In this document: positions 49,766 through 63,445 of the stretch, piece after piece
How the letters are laid out: each line of letters opens with the position of its first letter
Position numbering within the stretch: the stretch's first letter is position 1
DNA from: Octopus sinensis
Taxonomy: Eukaryota
DNA: 64,000 nt
Assembly (NCBI RefSeq): GCF_006345805.1
Contig: NC_043016.1
Location: forward strand, 11,842,001-11,906,000
Reading direction: 5' to 3'
Notes under the pieces: model-generated
Database searches by the model: none
Told to the model about the DNA's origin: nothing
The model's input: only the letters and a program-made list of their open reading frames with translations
Made by a program: the position numbers and the translations under genes

Positions 49766-51360
49766 ACTATGGGAGAAAATTAATAGTAGATATCATACTA
49801 TAATGGCAACCAAAATACTTTATTTCACAGTACCCCAGTCCAAGAGTAACTCTACCACAAACTGGTGCCCTGTTCTGAGAAAATGTGATCTTGATTATTT
49901 ATTCGCTGTGGAAAACGGGCCACCTGCCCTATTAGCCCCAGGACTCAAAACAGTACTTACATATATTTATGACCTGTCGGACTTCTTCAAATGCTACCAA
50001 GGGTTTCACAGCAAGAGAAGACCCCCACCCCGTGTGGTTGCACTGAAGAATGTGTCATGGTTTATTTTTGTTGATGTGTAAGCTCAAATATTTACATGAA
50101 TTATTACAATCATACATGTATACTCAAATTTGTACGTGACACCTTGGACAGGTGACACCTACTATAGCGTCAGGCTAACCAAAGCCTTGCGAGTGGATTT
50201 GGTAGATGGAAACTGAAGTCAGTCAAATATGTGTGTGTTTATCCACCACCACCAAACAACCGGTGTAGGTGTGTTTATGTACCCGTAACTTAACAGAGTT
50301 AAGAGACTGATAGAATAAACACCAGGTTTTAAAAGAGTAAGTACTAGGATTTTTTTTGTTTGAATAAAATTCTTCAAGGTCGTGCCCCAGCATGGCTGCA
50401 GTCTAATGACTGAAACAAGTGATACACACACACAATGGCGTACCAACAAGGTTGTTTGACCTGCTAGAAATACCAGCTAAAAGTTCCCCAACTTGCACAG
50501 TAGTGTCATAAAAAAGTGAGCAAGAAATAAGGACAAAATATCTGGATGAGAATGGTTGGCATGCCTTTCACTTGCAGTTCTGCTCCGTCACGGCTAAACT
50601 ACCTTTCGGTAACTACTCGTATGTCGTAAGAGGTGAGAGGACAGGCCTCATCGTCTTAGCAGAACCATCCAATGAATGCCATCATAGTGAGAATTATGTG
50701 TGTGTGTATTCATGCATGCAAGCATGCACTTATGCTTGGAGTTATGAGAAGCAGTAGGAATGACATAGGAAGGAGATAAAAGTGTGTCTGTGGACAGAGG
50801 CTTAAGTATATCTGCGAAAGATTTTACGCCAATCAGACCAAGTGGCCCTTTTCTAGGTGCAGGCTAGGCCGTCTTTGTACAGGAGTTGTACGCGCATACG
50901 TATATACGCATGCAACTGTAATTGCAGGCTAAAATAACATGGTGTGTGTGTGTGTCCATACCCCAATAAAGTGCTCCAATTTCAAAATACAAACCCTATT
51001 AGACAAAATAATTGGCTATGGGTTATAAAAAGGATGACTGAAAATAAATATATCTTTTACTTGTCTCATTGAAGCCCGAGCCTAACTAACCCGAGCCATG
51101 CCCGGGCTTCAATGAATCGATCCCAGTACTTATTTTTGTTTTTTTAAAGTTTCGTATATATTCAATCATTGTCTTTTGTCGAACTGCAAGATAACGGGGA
51201 CGTAAACACACCAACATCGGTTGTCAAGCGGTGGTGTGGGCAGACAGACAGATGTACACACACACACAAATGCATTGTGTGTGTGCTTCAGTAGATTATC
51301 TTGGAGATAATCTACTGAGGCACACACACGTTTTGGCATCACCATATATATATATATATA

Positions 51361-51575
51361 ACGGGAAGCTTTATGAAAATAAACAAAAGACGAAGGCAGG
51401 TGGAAGACAAACGAACAATTGTATTAGTATGGCGCTCAGGAAATATAAATAAAACAAGTCTTTAACGTTTCGAGCCTACGCTCTTCAACAGAAAGATACA
51501 CAGAGAGAGAAAAACACAGAAAGAAGGAGAGGAAAAAAATGCGTGCAGTGCTAAGTAGCTAACGAACACATGGCG
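51361..51575 (-). mobile_element. Family H element with hammerhead-like motif
   Basis: Minus strand 51496-51459: TCTTT-CTGTTGA-A-GAGC GTAG GCTC-GAAAC-GTT-AAAGA; flanked by (TA)n on both sides. Confidence 0.6.
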
Positions 51576-51698
51576 ATCTCTCTATATATATATATATATA
51601 TATATTAGATATATACACATAATATATATATATATATATATATACTATATATATATTATAGATATATATATACACCTACATATATATATAGATATAAT

Positions 51699-51729
<31 letters not shown>

Positions 51730-51736
51730 ATATATA

Positions 51737-51770
<34 letters not shown>

Positions 51771-52133
51771 CATACATATATATATAGAGATCTATATATA
51801 ATAGATATATATATACTATATACACACATACATATATATATAATTATATAACACACATACATATATATATAGATACACATACATATTATTATAATATTAC
51901 ACATACATATATATATATATATATATACACATAATATATATATATATATAAACATACATATATATATATATACACATACATATATATTATAACCATACAT
52001 ATATATATATACACTACATATATATATATCTATTACATATACATATATATATATATACATTATAGATACTTACAATACACATTTATACAATACATTATAT
52101 TATATACATACACATAATATTATATATATATAT

Positions 52134-52165
<32 letters not shown>

Positions 52166-52417
52166 ACATAATATATATATATATATACACATACATAAAT
52201 ATATTATATATATATATAAAATACATATATATATATATATACAACATACATATATATTATATATTACACACATACATATATATAATATATACACATACTA
52301 TATATATAATATATACACATACATATATATATATATATACACATACATATATATATACACATACATATATATTATATATATATATATATATAATATATAT
52401 ATATATATAGATATATG

Positions 52418-52467
<50 letters not shown>

Positions 52468-52580
52468 TACATAGGCCATCTCCAGCAAGAATATATATAT
52501 AATATATATATATTATTATATATATATATATATATATATATACACGCACACAGATATATATACATACATACATATATACA
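51575..52580. repeat. About 1-kb (TA)n/(CA)n compound microsatellite
   Basis: Directly visible. Confidence 0.95.
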
Positions 52581-55554
52581 TGCATATATACATTACGTGT
52601 GGTGTGCGTGCGTAAACAAGGAACGACCCAAAAATTTTAAACAGAATAATCAACAAACCAATTAGGCAATAAAAATTCTTCTAAATAAGTTTTGGCATGT
52701 TCGCCTAAGTGGCATCGCCTAAGTTTTTCCCCCATTACAAACGGAAAGTTTTTTCCGTTTAGAAAACCTATTTTCGTTCAAAACGATTTACATCATTTAC
52801 AAAAAAGTCACTTCCGATCTTAGGTCAGCTTAAAAGCATTTCTAGCTAGGACTATCCCATCTTATTTCCAAACATTGGAATCGTAAGTGCATGTTATAAG
52901 AAGGAGGACTTTAGAGCTATGTATGTTACGGAAATTTGGGCGATATTTTTAAACCATAACAAGGTAGGTCTACGTTCTGAGTTCAAATTCCGCCGAGGTC
53001 GACTTTGCCTCTCATCCTTTCGGGAGTCGATAAATTAAGTACCAGTTACGCTCTGGGGTCGATGGAATCGACTTAATACCTATGTCTGTCCTTGTTTGTC
53101 CCCTCTATGTTTAGCCCCTTGTGGGTAATAAAGAAATAGGTATGTGGTTAAGACACCTGCTTCTTAACCATGTGGTCTCGGGTTCGGTATCTTGGGTAGG
53201 TGTCTTCTACTATACTCTCAGAGGCTGCTGACCAAAGCCATGCGAGTGGATTTTGCAGACACAAACCGAAAAGAGGAAGCCCGTCGTGTTGTGTGCGTAT
53301 ATGTTTGTACATGACAACTGCTGTTGGTTTGTTTGCGTCCCTGTAACTTAGCTGTTCGTTACATCCAATATTACTTTTTTCTTATCGTTTCAGTCATTGA
53401 ACTGCGGCCATGCTGGAGCACCCCGCCACCACATCCTTCTTTTTAAAAGCCTGGTGCTTACTTATGCTATTATTGGTCTATTTTGCAGATGTAACCCATA
53501 GAATGAGTAGTAGGCTTTAAAAAAAAAAAGAGAAATAAACTGCTGAGGTGGGTTCGATTCATTCAACAAAACCTTTCAGAACAGTGCCCCCGCATGGCCG
53601 CAACATATCGACCGAAGTAAGATATAAAAAAGAAACAAAAAATCACAAAAGTGTGTATTTTTTTTTACCCCCCTTTTTTGTCTGTAATTTAAATAAATTG
53701 AAAGGAAAATTTACAGGAAACATCATGGTTTTTCCATTTACCAATCTTCTTTCAATATGATTTGGTTTGTCTTCATGTGTTGCGGGGGAGGGGGGAATCT
53801 TTTGCGAAAAGATTTAAAACATTTTCTAATTCAAGGAAAATAAAATAAAAATTGTTTTCATCAATGAGATATATAAATATTATATTGGCAATGTTTCACG
53901 AAACATTGCCATTATATTATGCTATTAATTAGTGTCACAAATACTTCTGAAACAAAACTTTTTATGTATATCATTTGCTGAATATCTTCCTAGAAACAAT
54001 GAAATATTGTTAACAAATCTAGAAATCATTATATTTGTGTAACATAACTAGGGGCCCACCACGACGTTGTTTCCTCATAACTTTAAAAAAAAAAGGGGAT
54101 ATTTTTTAATGAAATTTCCTACAAATACGTTTAACATGATATAAACAATTCCACTGTTTGTCAATTTGGGTAAATGTCTTTCTTCTACAATTGCTCCCCA
54201 CCGACCAAAACCTTATCCTCCGCTCCCAAATGACAACCACTGCTGATTTGTTTGTTTCCCTATAACTTAGCGGTTCGGCAAAATAGACCAATAATAGCAT
54301 AAGTAAGCACTATAAGTAAGCTTTTAAAAAGAAGGATGTGGTGGCGGGGTGCTCCAGCATGGCCGCAGTTCAATGACTGAAACATGTAAGAAGAAAAAAA
54401 GAGATTGGAATTTAATGTAAAAAAGAAAACGGGGGGGGGGGTGAATATTTCTGAAAGTTATGAGGAAACAAAGTCGATGTGGCGATGGCATCGAATCACT
54501 CATGTGTAATTATGTCATTTTGTTTTCAACTTTTTAAGAAAAAAAAGTCGATCTGTGAAGAAAAAAAAACATTAAACCAAAAAAAATAAATTAAAAACAT
54601 TTAAAGAAATAAATCGACAAAAAACGATTTAACAAACAAAATCCCAAATAACAAATAAACTATTTACAAGATAAATTAATAAAATTATATAACATGAAAG
54701 TCTGAACATTTATGGAAAAATGAGTGGAGTAAAAAAATGTGTTTAATGTGTGTGAAATTCATGGTATTTACCTGATCTGACAGTTTTTTTGTTTGCTTAA
54801 TTTTTCGATTCCCACAAGTTAATTAATTCTTTCATAAATTCAAATTATTTCAATAAATTCTCAGCTAGATGGTTAGTTGTTTGTTTTCTTTTTTCTTTTT
54901 TCTTACTATCATTCAATAACAAAAATAAATGGCAAAGCAGGAGAAAGTCACTTCCTTTTCTTTCACTTTTTTTTAATTGAAAAATAATATGTATATACAC
55001 ACACACATATATATATATATATCCTCGTGAAGTGACCAACAAGCCGAGTTGAGCAAAGAGGAAATGCTTGGGTATATAAAAAAAAATGATACTCCTATAT
55101 ATATATATATAAACATACACACATATATACATATTTACATACATACATACATGCGCGCGCACACATTCACGCACGAATACACATATACACACACACACAC
55201 GCACACATTCACACATACGCACACATTCACGCATACACACACACGCACACATACACACACATTCACGCATACACACACACATTTATGCATAACCAGGCAC
55301 ATCCACACGCAATATCTTGAGAAGTTGCCGCGAAAGAGAAATCAACCATCGTAGTAACTTTAAAAACAGAAAAAAACCAATAAACTACACTAAATTGTCG
55401 ATGAACAAGAAGGAACAATCGATAGAAATATCGAAAACACTGCGACTATACTGGATGTTTGTGTGACACTAAGTTACCAGTAATGACTTACTGAACGAGC
55501 AACAAGTATTTAAAACTATATTTACAACAAACATGGTTGGATCGATGTTGTCAT

Positions 55555-56092
55555 ACACATACAGACACACAAACATACATACACGCATACATATACACAC
55601 ACTTACCTACACACATCCGCATACATACAAACATACATACACACACAGACACAAACTACAAACACGCATACATATACACACACTTACCTACACACATCCG
55701 CATACATACAAACATACATATACGCACAGACACAAACTACAAACACGCATACATATACACACACTTACCTACACACATTTGCATACATACAATTACATAC
55801 ATATACACACACTTACCTACACACATCCGCATACATACAAACATACATATACACACAGACACAAACTACAAACACGCATACATATACACACACATACCTA
55901 CACACATCCGCATACATACAAACATACATATACACACAGACACAAACTACAAACACGCATACATATACACACACTTACCTACACACATCGGCATACATAC
56001 AAACATACATACACACACAGACACAAACTACAAACACGCATACATATACACACTTACCTACACACATCCGCATACATACAATTACATACATA
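55555..56092. repeat. 81-bp-unit minisatellite (about 6.5 units)
   Basis: ACACAT(CC/TT/CG)GC marker at 55611, 55692, 55773, 55821, 55902, 55983, 56062. Confidence 0.9.
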
Positions 56093-57614
56093 AAGGCTTG
56101 TAACGTGTATGTAAAAGGGACGGCAGTCCCGTTCTTAATTAATGAAATAATTAGTAATTAGGTTGTGTCTGGGGTGTTGAAATAAACTTCATCATTATTA
56201 CTTTATTATTTATTTCTAACAAAAGTTATTCTCAAACAAGCGCTCCATCCACAACTAAAGAAAAAATTTTGTAATACAGGGGTTAAAGATAACCACAACA
56301 TAATTCCCTACATAAGAATGAAGGACAAAAATTTATTATCTAACCCAAGATTATCGCAGATCCAGCAGACTTATTTATTAATCTAAACGTCCCAGTTGTG
56401 ATTATCCATCCTCTATCTCCCCCCCCCCCTGCCATTATTTAGTGTTTCTAGTGTTATATTACGAAACGAATCCTTTAAGACGGCTAAGGTGTGATTATTG
56501 AGGGAGATTTGGCTACTATTTCAAGCAGGTCGAGTGAATATATAAATATATATATATATATAAAATTAATTAATGAGAGTTGTATGTAATATATAGTTGT
56601 CTGAAACGACAAGTACACGATCGAATATTAATAACACAGATTTAGTTGTTTTTGTGTTTCTTGTAATTGCGGGTCACGCACAGAGTTCTTTTCACCCAAC
56701 TTTTTATTACTTATTTTATTAATTATTTTTTTACCTTTACCTTTACCATCTTGAGCACTTTTAAGAAATGGACTACCAACCAGGCCGATACAATTACAGT
56801 GTACCTACACTTCGAAGGTGTTTTAAAAGCTTTTTTTAATGTATTTGCTTCTCGCCATAAACTTTACAGACATAGAATCTATTTTGCTATGATGATGATG
56901 ATAATAAAAATAATAATAATAATAATAATAATAGTAATAAGCATATCATAGAGCAATGAGAACGGGAGCCATATACGGTAGGCATATTAAGCTGTGCAGA
57001 CAGCTATTAACGAAGATTTCTTAGATCTAACAAATGTGAACTTCTTCACACACATAATGAGTACGTATACCTATGAATGCATTTATGTATATGTGTGTTG
57101 GGATTATCAATGACAGGTACCCTGAATTCAAAAATACAGGTGGACAGCACACTCGAGTAACTAATCGCTATTTGAAAATGAGGTAATGGTGGGGGGGAAC
57201 TCATACTTTTAAATAATTCTTTAAGATCAGCAAATTAATTAAGCTTCCTTATTAGAACAACACATCGATTTAAAAAACAAAAACTTTTTTTAAATCAATG
57301 CAAAACCTCAGCGTTTATTTACTTGTTTGGTTGTTTTTACCGTTTCTTATATCAAAATCCATTGGATATTTTAAAGACATCTAATAATTAATTAAAAGAG
57401 CAAGTTGTCTTTAAGGTTGGGGAGATTTAAAAAAGAAAGAAAAAAATCCAATTTTGTTTACTCGGTATTTCGAGTTATTACACACGCACGCACACACACA
57501 TATATACGTACATACATACATAAAAGATCTTAATTTGTATGTGCATATACTTGCCTTTTAACTAAGATCTCAACACCTGTAAAATATTCAGCTAAATATT
57601 TTCAGACTGATTAT

Positions 57615-57666
57615 ATGATACATACATACATACATACATACGTACAAACATACATATATACATACA

Positions 57667-57697
<31 letters not shown>

Positions 57698-57875
57698 CAT
57701 ACATACATACATACATACGTACAAACATACATATATACATTACATATATACATACATACATATATACATACATTACATACATACAAACATACAGATATAC
57801 ATTACATACATACATACGTACAAACATACATATATACATTACATATATACATACATACATACATACATACATACC
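57615..57875. repeat. (ATAC)n-based compound array
   Basis: Directly visible, with recurring CGTACAAAC and CATTAC variants. Confidence 0.9.
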
Positions 57876-58597
57876 ACACATGTAACAAGAAAAATCCTAA
57901 CAACAACAAAACTCAGTACACACGATCTTACAATCTATTGTCATCATATTTCTATTTTTAAACGTCGATCATTCATTAATTAAAAGTAAATAAGTTGTTC
58001 TACAAAGTTTGTTAGTTGCATCGTGGTGGTGACAACGATCCATTATCATATCACAAAAACATGTTTAATGTGTACGACGCGATCAATGATAATATATGGA
58101 ATAAGTAAGGGGATAAATAAAAGTTTGTCGTATAATATATATATATGTGTGTGTATTGTACAGCCATATATATTTATGGATGTATGTTTATATGCATTTG
58201 TGTATATATATGCAGATGTATATTAGGTAGATTTATATATTCATGGCTGTTTCGTAAACAGACGTACATCATACATAATATAATAATAATAATGAAATAA
58301 TAATAATACAAATACAAATCGAAGAAGGGGTAAAAAAAAACCCAGCCGAGACAGGCATAAATCGAGATAATAATAATAATAATATACGATACAGTTTGAA
58401 AAAAAAAAAAAAGATTTTAAAACAGGATAATCAAAAAGAGATAGGTAGAAAAAAAAAAGTTAGTGGAGAAGGTAAAAAAAAAGTTTAGTAGTAAAGTACT
58501 CACGAGATTTGTTTGAAGTTTTCAGGAGCAGTGGACAAAAAAAAATTGCAAAGTAGGTTCCTGGAGGTGCCCTCCCACTATAATAACACAGTTCGGA

Positions 58598-58605
58598 TGA
58601 CGTCA
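58598..58605. promoter_or_regulatory. Full palindromic CRE (TGACGTCA)
   Basis: Exact 8-mer in unique, CpG-retaining sequence; function untested. Confidence 0.3.
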
Positions 58606-60099
58606 GTAAAAGCTTGAAACAGTCTTAACAACACTTTTTTTCAAACACCACTAACCATTATTACCACGGTCCTTCCCTCTTTACATTTTTATCTCTCTCT
58701 CTCTCTCTCTACCTACCTATTCATTTTTATTCTATTGTCCTTTCTATTTCATTTTGTATTTTTGTTTTTTTTTTCACTTTAGGTTCGTAACTCTCTACTC
58801 AACTTTCTTTCTCTCTCACCCTCCCTCTCTAACCATGTCTCTTGAATTCTTTATCACTCTTTCCCCCTCTTTCTATAACTATCACTCTATCCCTATGTGT
58901 CTCTTAAATTCATTATCGCTCTCTCTTACAAGCTTTCTCTTTCCTTGTTTTCCCTCTCTTAGTATTTTCTATTTCTTCTCTTCTTTCTCTCCTTAATTCA
59001 ATCTCATTTCGCCTTTTCTTCCTCTTACTCTTCCCCTTCACTTCCCCTCTCTTAGTTTCATTTTCTCTTTTTCTCTTTCACTATTCCTTCCCCTCTATTT
59101 TCTACCCTTCTTTCTCTCTCACATTTTATTCCTCCTCCCCCACCCCATGCCTTGTAATATGCCTGATTGCTTAGACATTTCACTTGCTCGACCACTCCAC
59201 TGTATTTCCTCTTATACACTTTACTATTTATAAAGACATTGAGTAATTTATATATATATGTATATATACATATATATATAAGAATTAAAATTAGGAAATC
59301 AACTTTTTTTTTACATACTCTCACACAGTTATAAATTCGACTTAAAATGTGTATATATATATATATAATACATATCGACATAATATGAATATTTTCACCA
59401 TATATAAATATACATAAAAATACATGTAAATAGAATTTATGTGGGATATATAAAGAAAAGAGTGATAAAAAGAGAACTGGTAAAAAAAATTTTTGTGTAC
59501 GAAAATTAAGAGCGATTAAGAGTTCCAATTAAAAGATCCATAAAATTTAATGTTTTTATTTTTTTTATTTTTTTTTTTTTTGCTTTTAAATATATAAATG
59601 GTATATAATACAATTCGAGGAAGTTCACTTTCTACGGCCGTTTCCAGAGTTCATGTCCTGGTAGGAAAAATTAATAGAAATTTTACAAGCCATGCGGACA
59701 ATGTCCCCTTTCTCATAAAATCACATTCTTGACAATTTTTTATTCTATTTCTTTATTGGCCACAAGGGGCCAACGTAAAGGGGACAATACAAAGACATGT
59801 TGGGACATATCAGACAGGAAAAAAAAAAACGAAAAAGAAATAAAATCAAAAACGTATGTTCATTCTTGACAATTTTTGATTCTTACAGAGGGATAGATAT
59901 ATGTTTATATAAAATTTCATTCTTACATTTGCAAATGAAAGAGTGGAGAACAGGAAATGAAGGGACAAGTACATTAGCCTATTGCGACTTAAATCTAATT
60001 AAATGTAGCACAATGGAATATTCACAGTACTAAGAGCTAAAAGGTTTCAAGTTGCAGGTATTCTTCCAAATCAATCATCCAATATGTTTGGTTCCATAA

Positions 60100-60330
60100 A
60101 TTAATACCTTAATATTACTTTTGATACTAATTTTAAGGTAGTCGACTTTCTGGACATGACATTGGACCTTAATACTGAATTATACTACCCCTTTCGAAAA
60201 CCTAATCAATCCCTACAATAAATTAACATTTCCTCAAATCATTTTAAATCAACTATCAACAGCATTGTTACAGCTATTGTCATTAGAATCTCAAATTTAT
60301 CTGTCAATGAGGAGATCTTTAATTAACATG
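60100..60330 (+). mobile_element. Penelope-like element (PLE) reverse-transcriptase fragment
   Basis: LNITFDTNFKVVDFLDMTLDLNTELYYPFRKPNQSLQ*INISSNHFKSTINSIVTAIVIRISNLSVNEEIFN: PLE RT motif 7/thumb (FLD.T...KP...SNHP...RI..LS.NE.IF). Confidence 0.75.
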
Positions 60331-60552
60331 CCCTGGGATTCATTTACAGATAACAAGACACAATTTGTTCAAAAACGAGTCCCTAAGCCTGCAAAGTCCC
60401 GAGGCAACTATCCAACGTTCCCAAGTCTTGATTCTACTCTTATTTCAATAACAAGTTTCAGTAACGTTTTCGCTAATGAGGTCTGTACATTTGGGAAAGT
60501 GTAAATGTCACAACTCACAGCCTCAAGCTATTGAGTCTACTTCTATTGTGTG

Positions 60553-60840
60553 CAGGGCCAGATTAAGACCCATCGAGGCCCTAAGCACTTAAAAGATTTT
60601 GGTGCCCCCATAAAAGATTATGTAATTCAAAATATAAACAATAGCAAACCATGAAATAAATTTTTATTTTTCAAAACAAAACAAAACAGTAAGAGGGAAA
60701 ATAATGTTTATTTTTGTCTCCTTCCACTTTATTTATATTTGAAAAGTTTCCTCCTACTTCTTTGAATTGCAAAGTCTTTGATCAGATCCTCAAAATTGAT
60801 CTTTGGTAACACATCTGCATCTATTATTTAGTAGAGATTA
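60553..60840 (-). mobile_element. hAT transposon 3' end remnant
   Basis: Terminus CAGGGCCAGATTAAG...GGCCCTAAGC; minus strand IDADVLPKINFEDLIKDFAIQRSRRKLF, resembling a hAT dimerisation-domain end. Confidence 0.65.
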
Positions 60841-61179
60841 AAGGCATCCTGAATATTATTTTAGCAGGTTTAAAGTGATTTCTTTTGTGCTGTAAACCAT
60901 TTCCCATTTCTGTGGTGCCCCTTCCTTCCCTTGATGCCTTAAGCACATGCTTATTTTGCTTAAAGGTTAATCTAGTGCTGAGTGTGTGGTGATTGAATTC
61001 AGATATATAGAGAGGTAAACAAACATTGAACAATTAGTTTTAAAAATCAAACAAAAAACGTTTCTTATGACTATTGAAACAAAGTGTCAATAGTCATAAT
61101 GGTCTACAATACTTTGTAGCTATGAACATAAATCACAGTGGTAATTTAACTATGGAAAATTAGTGAAGATTAGTGAAAT

Positions 61180-61745
61180 TGTGAAGATTCTCCATTAGCT
61201 CGTATCAGGGCTTTCCCTTGATTAATCATAAATTTGATTTAATTACCACTGAGAGATGGATCCACATTTATCCACTGTTTGATCAATGCATCTTTCAGCT
61301 CCCTAATTAATGCAATTTTTTTATCTTTCCACAATCTTTTGTCAAGGTATTTCTATATGTGTAATTTTAGATTAAGATCAGGTTTTTGAAGAAATCGTTC
61401 CAGAGGTTTGATTCTGTGAGCATCCAAGTTTGTGATAGCTTATTTGTGTGGCATGGAGTTCCTAATTCTAATGAATGAATGGAATAGATGGGTAATAAAC
61501 CCTTTCAAGTATTTGACAGTATTTTAGGCCATTTAAATGGTTTTCAACTAAAGAAAAATTAGTTTTGATCTCTGTATTACCTCACCTGCCCCCTCTCCTC
61601 CCATACAATAATTCCAATGCTCCAATGTTTAGCCATTCCTTGCAAACAATCAGACGCCATGTTTCACTTTAGTTGCCCAATACATTTTTCTCACGAATGG
61701 AGAAAATTAGTAAATTTACATTTGTCAGACAATATTATTTGATGA
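61180..61745 (-). mobile_element. Decayed Tc1-like DDE transposase
   Basis: IILSDKCKF (first-D motif), CLQGMAKH.SIGIIVW, QKPDLNLKLHI*KYLDKRL...ELKDALIKQW...KALIRANG. Confidence 0.7.
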
Positions 61746-61806
61746 CCTATACTCATATTTCCGGTTGCAAAACTCTTTATAATCCAGTTCACTTTTTGGT
61801 CGTTTT

Positions 61807-62165
61807 CATCATCATCGTCATCGTTTAACGTCCGCTTTCCATGCTAGCATGGGTTGGACGAATGACTGAGGTCTGGCAAACCAGATGGCTGCACCAGACT
61901 TCAATCTTGATCTGGCAGAGTTTCTACAGCTGGATGCCCTTCCTAACGCCAACCACTCCAAGAGTGTAGTGGATGCTTTTACGTACCACCGGCACGGGGC
62001 CAGTCAGGCAGTACTGGCAACGACCTCGCTCGAATCTTTTACACATGTCACCGGCACAGGTGCCAGTAAAGTGACACTGGTAACAATCACGCTCGAATGG
62101 TGCACGGAAGCCGGTTAGCCACTCTGTCAATGATCACACTCGTATGGTGCTCTTTGCACCCCGCT
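61807..62165 (-). mobile_element. RTE 3'UTR fragment (family C)
   Basis: (ATC)n tail and conserved body, with several degenerate modules. Confidence 0.7.
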
Positions 62166-62510
62166 AGCATGGACGCTAATCATCGACTTTGATTTTGATT
62201 AGGCAGTGAAGCAATGGGTTAGGTGGCCAAAAGTTCGAAGTCACCGACAACAACATTCTTGTATAAGAATTACAAATCTGTACTCTACATAAGTATAGAG
62301 TGACCCGTCAGATTAATGTGAAATTGTTTTTATAATAGCAGAAATGGCTTAAAAAATTTTTTTGGGCTGCTATTTCTATTAAGTTCAGTATGTGGCAAAG
62401 TAATTTATTTTACTAAGCCCTAATTATATAATGTAATATTTTGAATTCGCCTTAAATGGTCCTTTTACATACTGAACACTTGGTGAAATTGATTAATTAT
62501 TTTACCCTCA

Positions 62511-62577
<67 letters not shown>

Positions 62578-62586
62578 TATATATAT

Positions 62587-62624
<38 letters not shown>

Positions 62625-63445
62625 GTAATGCTTTGCTACTTCGTAATAATCTTTATTATTATTATTGATATATATCAAAAGGATTTGTTATATACTATTC
62701 CACATATACAAAAACAACCATACCAACAATCCAACATACCACTATCATCAACTGCTCCACAGATATGATTATGATTTCGACATTTGGGCAGTACCATTCA
62801 ATCAGGCAGCGTCAACAGCACTAAAATAAGTGTTGTTTGGGAACAAACATACCAAAGAAACCACAACTTTCAAACACATTTATCCTATGTACAACGGTAT
62901 CGGTAAATAAATTAAATAAGTAAATCTATAACCAACTCCTAAATATGGAACTAAACAACGACCAAACCTTTAAGTCGTGCAAAAAATATTCCCTACAGTC
63001 TTCCATAGTATAATATAAAAGTGAAAGTTTAATAACCTCATTCATTCAATCTAAATATAGGCAGGATTAAACAGTAACTTTAAGATTAAACTACAACAAA
63101 GAAACACATAAATCTATGTACATCTGTTTTGGTATTAATAGTAAACCTACAATAACTAAATAGCAACCAATCTTTAAGTCCATACAAATAATAATCCCAA
63201 TAGTCTTCCATAGTTACTACTACAATATAAAAGTGAAAGCTTAATATTCAATTCTCTCCAAAGCAAAACACGATTGAATTTAATTAAACGAATAATATAA
63301 AATAATTAGGAGAGAAATACATTATTTCATAATTCAAAAGTTAATTATAAAAACACTACATACTCATTAATATGTATTACCCTTACAAGCTTTAATGTAA
63401 AATTACCAGTAAATAATAGAAAAATTAAATTTTATTATATAGGAA

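Noticed and set aside
49704-50081. 125-aa ORF
   Set aside because: Starts within a SINE A head; the remainder has no recognisable motif.
50578-50632. Plus-strand 55-nt candidate exon (TTGCAG|...AG|GTGAGA; FCSVTAKLPFGNYSYVVR)
   Set aside because: Good splice signals, but no recognisable homology and no partner exons.
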